Below are positions 15,594-28,270 of a stretch of DNA of 64,000 bases, piece by piece. Both the position numbers and the translations under genes were made by a program. How positions within the stretch are numbered: position 1 is the stretch's first letter; each line of letters opens with the position of its first letter. Below the pieces are notes generated by a model. It saw only the letters and a list, made by a program, of their open reading frames with translations, ran no database searches and was not told the DNA's origin. Where the stretch lies: assembly GCF_009914755.1 (NCBI RefSeq), contig NC_060938.1. The stretch is one strand, 5' to 3'. This DNA comes from the human T2T-CHM13v2.0 reference genome, Homo sapiens.

Positions 15594-15692
15594 GCGGACA
15601 GGTGTGTAGTGTGGACAGGTGTGTGGGGTGGACAGGTGTGTGGGGTGGACAGGTGTGTGGGGTGGACAGGTGTGTGGTGTGGACAAGTGTGC
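15594..15692. repeat. 17-bp minisatellite GGACAGGTGTGTGGGGT, ~5.5 copies
   Basis: Directly visible; five units carry CAGGTG. Confidence 0.85.
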
Positions 15693-15879
15693 AGTGGGCC
15701 TGGCTCATTGTCACCGCCAGGACAAGGCCTTTGTCCGCACTGATAGGGCTGAGCAGGTGGTCCAGGCTGTGGTCAGGCAGCAATGTCCTGGCGTGGAGCA
15801 ACAGGGGAGGCAGGTTCATGACACGGGGCAGGACAGTGGCCAGGGGCTGCAAGCGTGACCTGCGGGAGGGGGTGCCTGT

Positions 15880-16355
15880 GTGCGGGCATGTCTGTGTGTG
15901 TCTTTATGTGTCTGTGTGTGTGTGTGTCTCTATGTGTGTCGGTGTGTGTCTGTGCATCCACGTGCATGTGTGTCTGTATGTGTGTGTGCATATCCGTGTG
16001 TCTGTGTCTTTATGTGTCTGTGTGTGTATGTGTTTGCCTGTGTGTGTCTCTGTGTGTCTGTGCATCCATGTGGATGTGTGTCTATATGTGTGTCTCTGTG
16101 CACATATGTGTGTGTCTGTGCATGTCCGTGTGTGTCTGTGCATTTCTGTGTGTGTGTGTCTCTGTGCATGTCTGTGTGTCTGTGTGTGTGTGTCTGTGCA
16201 TGTCTGTGCATGTCTCTGTGTGTCTCTGTGCATGTCTGTGTGTGTCTGTGCGTTTCTGTGTGTGCATGTCTGTGTGTCTGTGCGTTTCTGTGTGTGCATG
16301 TCTGTGTGTCTGTGCGTATGTGTATGTGTCTGTGCACGTCTCTGCGTGTCTGAGT
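15880..16355. repeat. (TG)n/(TGCATGTC)n low-complexity tract
   Basis: Directly visible. Confidence 0.9.
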
Positions 16356-16789
16356 GTCAGGGGATGGCCTGTGCTTGGTTCGCAGTGCAGGCGGGTTTGC
16401 TCACACCTCCCCCGCAGGGCTGAGCCTCCAGACTCCCAGCCCCATACAGGCCCCAGCCCAGGGGGGAGCCGGGCGGCGCTTGGGGCCTGGAGCCCTGACC
16501 CGGGGAGTCGGGGCAGGACTAGCGTGGAGGCTCTGGTGACTCAGCCTCCTCGTATGTGTGCACTGCAGTTTGTCCTCCGTGCATCCCTTGGTGGACACTT
16601 GTGGGGCTTCCTGGGAGGCGGCCCCAGACTTGGACAGATTCTAGGACCCAGAGGGATGGGGCAGAGGCAGGGATGACAGAGACAGACACAAAGCAGAGAG
16701 ACGGAGGCAGAGGGAGACATGCAGAGTCACGGAGACATCCGGGCTCAGGCCCCGACTCTCAGGGGCCACCCCCAGGGAGGACACGCAGT

Positions 16790-19460
16790 GCACCCCCACA
16801 CCCACACCTCACACACACACTCACACCCACATACCCCCATCCACACACACCCAGAGACACACAGACACCCACAGCCACACACTCACACTCACGAACTTAT
16901 CCAGTCACGTCCCACACACTCCCACCCAACCCATACACCACACACCTACACAACTCATACACCACACACTCACACTCACAAACTATATACCACACACTCA
17001 CACACCCATATACCAAACACGCACAACCCATACACCACACACTCACACTCACAAACTATATACCACACAGTCACACACCAACCATACACCTATATACACT
17101 CACACACCCATATACCACACACACACAGCTCATACACCACACACTCACACTCACAAACTATATACCACACACTCACATACCCATATACCACATACACACA
17201 ACCCATACATCAGACACTCACACACAACCCATACACCTATACACACTCACACAACCCATACACCTATACACACTCACACCCATATACCACATACAACCCA
17301 TACACCACACACACACAACCCATACACCTATACGCACACACCACACACACAGCCCATACAGTACACACTCACACCACAAACTATGTAGCACACACTCACA
17401 CATAACCCATATACCTATACACACACCCATATACCACACACACACACAACCCGTGCACCTATACACTCACACACCCATATACCACATACAACCCATACAC
17501 CACACACAACCCATACACCTATACACACACACCCATACACCACACACAGCCCATACACTATACACACCACAAACTATATACCACACACTCACATATAACC
17601 CATACACCTACACACACACACCCATGTACCACACACACAACCCGTGTACCTACATACACACCCATACACCACACACTCACAACCCCTACACCTATACACA
17701 CACACACCCACCACCCATACACACACAGCCCATACACTTACACACACTCATATAGCACACACACACAACCCATATACCACACACTCACACAACCCATATA
17801 CCTATACACACTCACACGCCCATACACCACACATTCACACAACTACACCACATACACCCACAAACTATATGCTACACACTCACACACAGACCATACACCT
17901 ATATACACTCTCACAGCCATATACCACACACAACCCATATACCACACTCTCACAAACTTTATGCCACACACTCACACAAACTATATACCACACTCACACA
18001 CAACCCATACACCTATACACAATCACACAACCCATACACCACACACAACCCATACACCACAGACACACTCACAATCTATATACCACACAAACCCATACAT
18101 TTATACACACTCACACACCCATATACCACACACACACAGCCCATATACCACACGCTCACACACAAACGATACACCTATACACACACCCATATGCCACACA
18201 CACAACCCATACACCACACACACAAACTCATACACCACACACACAACCCATAGACCACAAACACACACAAGCCATAACCACACACACACACAGCCCATAT
18301 GCCTATACACATTCACACACACAACCCATACACTGCATACACAACACATACACCTATACACACTCACACTCACAATTCATACACCACACACTCACACACA
18401 ACCCATACATCTATACATAAACTCACACACAATCCATATACCACAAACACACACAACCAAACACCTATACACACACACACAACTCATACAGCACACACAC
18501 AACCCACAGACCATAAACACACACAAGCCATAACCACACACACAACCCATACACCTATACACACACTCATAAACAAGCCGTACACCCCCCCACACAACCC
18601 ATACACCACACACTCACACACAACCCATACACTTATATACACATACAACCCATATACCACAAACTCACACTCAACCCGTACACCTATATACACACACAAC
18701 TTATACACCACACACTCATACACAACCCACAGACCACATACACAAGCCATACCCACACACTCACAACCCATACACCTGTATACACACTCATAAACAAGCC
18801 ACACACCTACACACACTCATACACAACCCATACACCACACATTCACACACAACCCATACGCCTGTACACACACTCACACACATAACCCATATACCACAAA
18901 CTCACACACAACCTATACACCTATACACACATACAACCCATACACCACACACTCACACACACATATACCACACCACACACACAACACATACACGAAACAC
19001 TCATACACACACGCATACACCACCCACACATACAACCCATACACCACACACACAACCCATACACCTATACACACACACAAACTCATGTACCACAAACACA
19101 CACAACACATATACCTATACACACATACAACCCATACACCACACATTCATACACAACCCATACACCACACACACAACCCATAGACCTATACACACACAAC
19201 ACATGCAACTATCACACACTCACAACACATACACCTCCTATACACACACACAACACGCACACTTCCTATACACACAACCCACACGCCTATACACACTCAC
19301 ACCCTCACTCACACTCACCCTCACATTCATATACTCACTAACACACTTCCACACTCACACCCTCACCCACACTTACACCCCCACCCACACTCAAACCCCG
19401 ACGCTAAGTCACTGTCACATTTGTACCCATGCTCACACGCTCCCACCCTCACACGCTCAC
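16790..19460. repeat. CA-rich degenerate repeat (CACAACCCATACAC motifs), ~2.7 kb
   Basis: Directly visible and nearly G-free on the + strand. Confidence 0.9.
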
Positions 19461-19599
19461 CCCCCACCAGCTCCAGGGCTCACTGGTGTGTGCCCACGAA
19501 ACCCTGCCTCGGGGGTCCCCTCGGTAAGCTGACAGCGCTCTGCTCATCGGTGGCCTGGGGAAACAGGGCCCACCCAAAGCCTGGCTCAGGAAAGGCTCC

Positions 19600-21780
19600 A
19601 AACACACATGCACATGGCCCAGAAACAGATGGGCAGAGCTCAGCCTGCAGCTGGGAGCGGCGGAGCGGGTGCTGGGCCAGAGTCGGGGCCTGTCTGTGGG
19701 TGGGGGGCACGGCAGCACGGGCCCACCTGCACACCCCAGGCCTGGCCCCCGAGGTCACTGGGCCACCACCCAGCCCTCGCCCTGTTCCCCGTCTGTGCTG
19801 GCCGGGGCAGGACTCTGAGCCTCGGGGAAACCCACAGATACACACGGGACCCCGAACATCGGGCTGGGGAGGTTGGGGTGGGTAACAGCATGCCAGAGGC
19901 AGGAGCAGGAGGTCCAGGACCCTGCGCACTGCGACCCCAGCCCTGGGGGCTGAAGCCCAGGACGGCCTTGGGTCTCCCAGGAGGGACTAGACAGCGGGGG
20001 ATGGTCAGAGAACAGGACAGCCAGCAGGGTGCAGCCTGAGGACAGGGATGGACGCTGGGAGGTCAACAGGACAGGGGCAGGGGCTGTGGAGTGGGCGAAG
20101 GTCCTGGAGGGCCTAGAGAACCTGTGGGTCCGTGTTTGTGGGAAGGAGGCCAGGAGCAGCCCTGAGTGGCCAGGCTGGCAGCGGTGAGGAGGTGGGGGCA
20201 GTGAGGTGAGGGTGACCGAGCCAGTGAGGCCTCTGGCCAGGGAGGGGACCTTGGCTGGGCTCTGACTGAACCCAGGGCTCCTGGAGAAGGGGCCCCAGGC
20301 GGGGATGAGGATGTGGGCATCTGACTCCATCAACAATGGGGCTTCCAACACGCACAGCCTGGGCCTCGGAGACCTGGGCCCTGACCCGCCTCCCCCTGGC
20401 ACTGGGCCGGGTGCCGTGTGTGGTCCCCAGTCCCCGCAGCACCTCCCCCACACTGGTCACGTTCCAGGGCCCCTCTGAAGCACCTGCTGTGAGGGGATGT
20501 GAGGAGGGGACAGGGACTTGGGCCTGAGCTGCCGGGTCGGGGGGGAGTCGGGGACCCAGGCTCAGCGTGTGGCTGGGGACCAGACAGATGGGGATGGAGG
20601 AGGACACGCCCTGTACCCACTGCCTGCCAAGGGGCTGGACCCACGCCCAGTCTAGGCCATGTCCCCCGAGGCCTGTGAACCTTCACTCTGAGCCACTAAA
20701 ACATTCAGGAGCTTTGAAAGCAGCCCCCGTCCTTGTCACTATGCGATGACTCTGAGCATCACGCTGTCCCTGCTGGATCCACCCTCCAGCCCCAGCGAGG
20801 GAGGCTGGGCCCCGGGCAGCAGGTGGTGAGGGCAGCGGGCACAGCCACCCTACAGCACACACAGGGTCTCAGGGACGCGTCCACCACAGCCCGTGCACAG
20901 GCTCCTCACGGCACTGAGTTCACCCGGGGCGCGGGCCGTTTGTCCTCAGGAGTCCGGCTGTGCCCTCCGCCCCCAGCCCTGTCCTGCTGAGGCTGCAGCT
21001 GGGTCCCGGGGCACAGGGCGGCCCTGAGCACCTTGTCATGTTGGTCCCTGTCGGGTGGGCTGCTGGCTGTCTGTGGAGCTGGCAGAGCCGCGGTTCAGCC
21101 TTGGAGGCCGGTCCTGGGGCCCAGCAGCCGTGGGGAGCACTGCCCAGTCCCGTGCCCACAGGGAATCACCTGGGCTGAGGAAGGGCCCACACGCCGACGG
21201 GATCGGGGTCAGGCAGCGCACGCCTGGCACCGAGATCCCACGTCCCGAAGTGGGGACACGGCCCAGGGGCACTGTTCCGGGAGGGTCTCAAGATGGGGTC
21301 TCCTATTTCAATCTTCACTCCTTCTGCACCTGTTAGCTGGGAACCTTCTAGAAGGAGGGGTGTCCTCAATCATGGGGTGGTTGTGAGCTGAGCACAGATC
21401 ATGCAGGAAGGTACATGGCTTCTCCTTCACCAGGAAAACAGTGCAGAGAGACAGAGACACAGAGACAGAGACAGAGTAACAGAGAAAGAGAGACAGAGAG
21501 AGACACAGAGACAGAGACAGAGTAACAGAGATAGACACAGAGACAGAGACAGAGTAACAGAGATAGAGAGACAGAGAGAGACACAGAGACAGAGACAGAG
21601 TAACAGAGAAAGACAGAGAGACAGAGACAGAGACAGAGTAACAGAGATAGAGACAGAGTCACAGAGAGACAGAAAGAGACAGAGACAGAGTAACAGAGAT
21701 AGAGAGACAGAGAGAGAGATAGAGACAGAGGCAGGCACAGAGATAAGAAAGATACACAGAAACAGAGAGAGACAGAGATA
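19600..21780 (+). repeat. Left arm of the HS1.2 inverted repeat (quasi-palindrome)
   Basis: Reverse complement of ~26100-28270. Mirrored ORF coordinates share a constant sum of 47890 (20063/27827, 20733/27157, 21308/26582). Confidence 0.95.
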
Positions 21781-23399
21781 GTCACTGTCACATTCATACC
21801 CACGCTCACCTGCTCACACACTCACACACTCACCTCACACTCACACACACTCTCACACTCACACACACTCACACAGTCACTTACACTCACACACACAGTC
21901 ACACACACACAGTCACACACACACTCACACACACACTCACACACTCACACACACTCTCACACACACACTGAGCTTCCCTCAGGCCCTGTCACTTCCGATG
22001 GGGCCTACAGCCTGTCTAAGCCTCTGGGCCACCAGCCCCTGGCTCACCGGTGTGTGCCCACCACACCCCGCCTTGGGGGTCCCCTCTATGAGCTGGGCAC
22101 ATGCCCTCCGCTCTGTTCATGGCTGGCCTGGGGGAAACAGGGCCCACCCAAGGCCTGGCTCAGGGAAGGCCTCAAACACACATGGCCCAGGAGCAAAGGG
22201 GCAGAGCTCAGCCTGCAGCTGGGAGCGGGCAGGGGTAGTGGAGTGGGCGGAGGGCCTGGAGAACCTGCAGGGCTCCGATGTCTCTGGGAAGGGGGCCCAG
22301 GAGCAGCTCAGCGTGGCTGGGCCGGCAGGGGCGAGGAGGTGGGGGCCGTGAGGGAGGGGTGACTCGGCTGTGTGGGGTGCCGGGGGACACGGGCTTTGCT
22401 CCGGCTGAGCCCAGGCAGTGGCGAATCCCTGAGCTGCCAGGAGGAGAGCAGGGCCGGGGTCAGGCAGAGGTGGGCCGCGGGGCCGAGGGCTGCGGCCGGT
22501 CGGGAGCAGTCGGTCGGTTGAGGGCACCATTACATGGAGGGCTGTGAGACGGGAGACCCCATTCCCTTCATTCCTTGTGCACGTGTTAGTGAGGAAGCTT
22601 CTAGAAGGAGGGCATTGCTCGTAGTGGGTGAGTGTGAGCACAGATCATGCAGGCTGGCGTGCTGCCGTGAAGTGCCTCTCTTTACTTTCCAGACCTCAGC
22701 ATGGCAAGCCCGTCCTGTGCCCCAGGGTCTTTCTGGAGTACACGCCGCGCGGTCCTGGTGGGCACCATACCTGGCACCCACGCTTTGGCCGGGCCCGAAC
22801 CTTGCGCCCTCCCAGCCCCCATGTGGCTCTCCCTTGGCCATACTGGCCTTTTGCCAGTCCTCCTACCTCACCCTAGGGTCTGCCTGGCCCTGCCCTCCCT
22901 TCCTAGCCCCCCAAGGAGGCTGGAGGGCACCCCTGCGTCCACCAGCAGCAGCTCCTCATGGGCGAGTCTCCTTTGGGCCAGTGACACATAGTGTGCCCCG
23001 ATGGTGCCACGGCAGCCTGGGCCCTCCGCCTTCCTGCTTGGCAGGCACCCCCGCTCCCTGCACCCTCACCGGGGCACCTGTGAGCCCTGAGGGCCAGTGG
23101 GGGTCTCACTGCTGCTCCCTCCCACAGCCTAGCCTCGGGCCTCAGGGCTCTGCATCCAAGCGGCCCAGGGCTCCCTGCGGTCTCAGCCCGAGTGGGCCTT
23201 TGAGCCTTCGCGTTCTCTGCAGGGTGGGACCTGCCCAAGGGCTGCTGAGGGCTTCCCAGGGGTCCTGTGGGTCCCACCTAGGGGCAAGCTGGTGAGGAAA
23301 GTGGGTCCTGCCATGGCGGCCGGGTGGGCTGAGTTTTCGGCATCTCTGGGCCCAACAGCAGGTCCCTGGAGCGGCGCCCACCCCTCCCCCAGGCAGGTG

Positions 23400-23730
23400 T
23401 GAGGGCTCTGATCTGTTTCTCCTTGAGTGACTCATTCTGGGCAGACTTGGCCCTCAGGGCACATGCAAATGGTTGTTTGTTCCACACCGAAAACATGTTT
23501 CTCGCCCTCTGAGGCTGTTTCCAGAAATAGCTTGCACGATTCTCCCGCCCCCTCCCCCAGCGTGGCCAGGCTGGCTCAGGCCTCCAGATTCGGGGACACC
23601 CCCCCACCACAGCGTGGCCAGGCTGGCTCAGGCCTCCAGATTCGGGGACACCCGCCCCCTCCCCCAGGACAGGCCCACTTGGGTTACTGACACTGGGACC
23701 ACCCTGCAAACGTCAACTTTATTGAATTCA
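23400..23730. promoter_or_regulatory. 3'RR enhancer HS1.2, two-repeat allele
   Basis: AP-1 TGACTCA 23428-23434, octamer ATGCAAAT 23463-23470, two copies of CAGCGTGGCCAGGCTGGCTCAGGCCTCCAGATTCGGGGACACC (23558-23600, 23610-23652) flanked by CCCGCCCCCTCCCCCAG, located near the palindrome axis. Confidence 0.92.
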
Positions 23731-24379
23731 GTGGTTCTGAACTTGTTGCCATCTTTGGGACCAGGACCCAGGGGCAGCCCCCAGGTTGGCAGGAAGGGCA
23801 GGGGAGCCAACGCTGGCAGGGCCCCCAGCCAACCCCCACCCCAGAAGCCCCAAGGAGGCTGAGCGGAGGTGGCCCTGGTGGCCTGGGCACAGGCAGCCCG
23901 ATTGGTACAGGGCCTGTCTGGTGCAGGCCCGCACCTCCCCCACCCTCATGGCCTGGTGGTCCCCACTGTACAGAGAGAACACTGAGGCTCAGCAGGGCCA
24001 GGGACATGGCCTGAGGTTACATGGTGATGGGGGCTGGGTCTCCGGGCCTGGGGGCCGTGGTGGGTGCAGCACCCGGACTGCGTGGGCTGTGGCCTCCCTG
24101 CTCCCAGCTCTGTCACACCCGTCTCCATCTGAGCCTCCAGCTCCATCTTTCCCGCTGTCCCTGTCTCTGGCCACCCTTCTGTCTCCCTGTCTCTCTGCCT
24201 CTCTGAAGGTATCTCCCTGCCCGAATCTCTGTCTCTGTCCCATTGTCGGTGTCTCTGACTCATCTCTGTCAAGCCCGTCTGCTGGGCTTTGTCCCGCCAT
24301 CTTGCCTGTCTTGGCCTCTCTCTCTTTCTGTGTGTCTCCGTCGGTGCCTCCTTTCTCCATCCATCTCTCCCCCGTGTCT

Positions 24380-26450
24380 GTCTCTATCCCTCCGTCTCTC
24401 TTCCCGTCTATCCCTCCCTCTGTGCCTGTCCCTTTGCTGTGTCCCTTTCTTTGCCTCTGTCTCTCTGTCTGTCTCTTCGTGTCCCTGTGTGTGTCTCTCT
24501 CTCTCTGCTTCTATCTCTGTCTTTCTGTATCTCTGTCTATATCTCAGCCTCTTTGTGTCCCTGTGTGTGTGTCTCTCTCTTCTCTGTCTTTCCATGCCTC
24601 TGTCTATATCTCTGTCTCTCTGCCTCTGTATCTCTGTCTGTCTGTTCGTGTCCCTGTGTATGTCTCTCTCGGTGTCTTTCTGTATCTCTGTCTATATCTG
24701 TCTCTCTCATCTGTCTCTTCCTGTGTGTGTCTCTCTGTCTCTCTGCCTCTGTCTCTCTCTCTCTGTCTCTTCATCTCTGTCTCTGCCTCTGTGTCATTTT
24801 GTGTGTGTTTCTCTATGTCTCTCTGTCTGTGTCTCTTCCTCTCTGTAGCTCTCCCTCTCTCTGTCTCTCCTTATACCTCTCTTTCTCTCTCTCTGTTTCT
24901 TTCTCTGTCTCTTTTTGTCTTTCTCTGTCTCTCTGTCTCTGTCTCTTCCCCTCTATATATCTCTGTCTTTCTGTTGCTGTCTGTCTCTGTTTCTCTTCAG
25001 CCCTCTCTGTCTCTCTTTGTCTCTGTCTTTCTCTGCCTTTCTAACTCTCTTTCTCTGTCTCTCTGTCTCTATCTCAGTCTCTCTTCTTATCTCTGTCTCT
25101 ATCTCTCTCTGTCTCTCACTCTCTGTATCTGTCTTTCTCTTATCTCTATTGCTCTGTCTCTATCTCTGTCTCTCTCATCTCTATCTCTGTCTCTATCTCT
25201 CTTTCTGTCTCTCTGTATCTCTCTGTATCTCTGTCTCTGTAACTCTCTTTATCTCTTACTGCCTCTGTTTCTCTCACTCTGTCTCTGTCTTTCTTTATCT
25301 CTGTCTTGGTCTCTGTCTCTCTGTAACTTTATCTCTGTCTCTCTGTTTCTATCTCTGTTTTTCTCTGTCTGTCTCTGCCTATATCTCTGTCTCTCTTTAT
25401 CTGTCTCTCTGTCTCTGTGTATCTCTGTCTCTCTGTAACTTTATCTCTGTCTTTTTCTGTCTCTGTGTCTGTGTGTCTGTCTCTGTGTCTCTGTTTTTCT
25501 CTCTCTCTCTCTCTGCCTATTTTTCTCTCTCTGTCTCTGTCAATGTCTCTTTCTGGATCTGTGTTTCTTTCTCTCTGTCTCTGTCTCTCCATCTCTGTCT
25601 CTATCTATCTGTCTCTCTGTAACTCATCTCTGTCTCTATTTGTGTCTGCATGTCTCTTTCTGTGTCTCTGTTTCTCTCTCTGTTTCTGTCTCTTTGTTTC
25701 TCTGTCTCTGTGTCTTTCTCTCTGTCTCTGTCTGTATCTGTGTTTCTATTTCTCTGTCTCTCTCTGTCTCTGTCTCTCTCTTTCTCTGTTACTCTGTTTC
25801 TGTCTCTGTGTCTCTGTCTCTCTGTAACTCCTCATCTCTGTCTCTATTTGTGTCTGCATGTCTCTTTCTGTGTCTCTGTTTCTCTCTGTCTCTGTCTCTC
25901 TGTTTCTCTGTCTCTGTCTCTGTGTCTTTGTCTCTGTCTGTATCTCTGTGTCTCTATTTCTCTGTCTCTCTTTCTCTCTCTGTCTCTGTCTCTCTGTCTT
26001 TCTCTGTTACTCTGTCTCTGTCTCTGTGTGTCTCTCTCTGCCTCTCTGTCTTTCTCTGTTACTCTGTCTCTGTCTCTCTCTGTCTCTCTCTGTTACTCTG
26101 TCTCTGTCTCTGTGTCTCTCTGTCTGTCTTTCTCTGTTACTCTGTCTCTGTCTCTGTGTCTCTCTCTGTCTCTCTGTCTTTCTCTGTTACTCTGTCTCTG
26201 TCTCTGTGTCTCTCTCTGTCTCTCTTTCTCTGTTACTCTGTCTCTGTCTCTCTCTCTCTGTCTCTCTGTCTTTCTCTGTTACTCTGTCTCTGTCTCTGTG
26301 TCTCTGTCTCTCTGCCTTTCTCTGTTACTCTGTCTCTGTCTGTGTCTCTCTGTCTCTCTGTCTTTCTCTGTTACTCTGTCTCTGTCTCTGTGTCTCTGTC
26401 TCTCTGTCTTTCTCTGTTACTCTGTCTCTGTGTCTCTGTCTCTCTGCACT
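24380..26450. repeat. Polypyrimidine-rich (TCTCTG)n tract, ~2 kb
   Basis: Directly visible; its right part is complementary to the (CAGAGA)n tract at 21443-21780. Confidence 0.9.
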
Positions 26451-28270
26451 GTTTTCCTGGTGAAGGAGAAGCCATGTACCTTCCTGCATGATCTGTGCTC
26501 AGCTCACAACCACCCCATGATTGAGGACACCCCTCCTTCTAGAAGGTTCCCAGCTAACAGGTGCAGAAGGAGTGAAGATTGAAATAGGAGACCCCATCTT
26601 GAGACCCTCCCGGAACAGTGCCCCTGGGCCGTGTCCCCACTTCGGGACGTGGGATCTCGGTGCCAGGCGTGCGCTGCCTGACCCCGATCCCGTCGGCGTG
26701 TGGGCCCTTCCTCAGCCCAGGTGATTCCCTGTGGGCACGGGACTGGGCAGTGCTCCCCACGGCTGCTGGGCCCCAGGACCGGCCTCCAAGGCTGAACCGC
26801 GGCTCTGCCAGCTCCACAGAGAGCCAGCAGCCCACCCGACAGGGACCAACATGACAAGGTGCTCAGGGCCGCCCTGTGCCCCGGGACCCAGCTGCAGCCT
26901 CAGCAGGACAGGGCTGGGGGCGGAGGGCACAGCCGGACTCCTGAGGACAAACGGCCCGCGCCCCGGGTGAACTCAGTGCCGTGAGGAGCCTGTGCACGGG
27001 CTGTGGTGGACGCGTCCCTGAGACCCTGTGTGTGCTGTAGGGTGGCTGTGCCCGCTGCCCTCACCACCTGCTGCCCGGGGCCCAGCCTCCCTCGCTGGGG
27101 CTGGAGGGTGGATCCAGCAGGGACAGCGTGATGCTCAGAGTCATCGCATAGTGACAAGGACGGGGGCTGCTTTCAAAGCTCCTGAATGTTTTAGTGGCTC
27201 AGAGTGAAGGTTCACAGGCCTCGGGGGACATGGCCTAGACTGGGCGTGGGTCCAGCCCCTTGGCAGGCAGTGGGTACAGGGCGTGTCCTCCTCCATCCCC
27301 ATCTGTCTGGTCCGCAGCCACACGCTGAGCCTGGGTCCCCGACTCCCCCCCGACCCGGCAGCTCAGGCCCAAGTCCCTGTCCCCTCCCCACATCCCCTCA
27401 CAGCAGGTGCTTCAGAGGGGCCCTGGAACGTGACCAGTGTGGGGGAGGTGCTGCGGGGACTGGGGACCACACACGGCACCCGGCCCAGTGCCAGGGGGAG
27501 GCGGGTCAGGGCCCAGGTCTCCGAGGCCCAGGCTGTGCGTGTTGGAAGCCCCATTGTTGATGGAGTCAGATGCCCACATCCTCATCCCCGCCTGGGGCCC
27601 CTTCTCCAGGAGCCCTGGGTTCAGTCAGAGCCCAGCCAAGGTCCCCTCCCTGGCCAGAGGCCTCACTGTCTCGGTCACCCTCACCTCACTGCCCCCACCT
27701 CCTCACCCCTGCCAGCCTGGCCACTCTGGGCTGCTCCTGGCCTCCTTCCCACAAACACGGACCCACAGGTTCTCCAGGCCCTCCAGGACCTTCGCCCACT
27801 CCACGGCCCCTGCCCCTGTCCTGTTGACCTCCCAGCGTCCATCCCTGTCCTCGGGCTGCACCCTGCTGGCTGTCCTGTTCTCTGACCATCCCCCACTGTC
27901 CAGTCCCTCCTGGGAGACCTGAGGCTGTCCTGGGCTTCAGCCCCCAGGGCTGGGGTCGCAGTGCGCAGGGTCCTGGGACCTCCTGCTCCCGCCTCTCCCA
28001 TGTTGTTACCCACCCCAGCCCGATGTTCGGGGTCCTGTGTGGATCTGTAGGTTTCCCCGAGGCTCAGAGTCCTGCCCCGTCCAGCACAGACGGGGAACAG
28101 GGCGAGGGCTGGGTGGTGGCCCAGTGACCTCGGGGGCCAGGCCTTGTAGGTGCAGGTGGGCCCGTGCTGCCATGCCCCCCACCCACAGACAGGCCCCGAC
28201 TCTGGCTCAGCGCCCGCTCGGCCGCTCCCAGCTGCAGGCTGAGGTCTCCCCATTTGCTCCTGGGCCATGT
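26100..28270 (-). repeat. Right arm of the HS1.2 inverted repeat
   Basis: Reverse complement of 19600-21780 with only scattered substitutions. Confidence 0.95.

Noticed and set aside
11258-19532. His/Thr/Pro- and Cys/Val-rich long ORFs
   Set aside because: Translations of (CA)n/(TG)n low-complexity DNA.
23786-26582. Ser/Leu/Cys-rich ORFs up to 550 aa
   Set aside because: Translations of the (TCTCTG)n tract.
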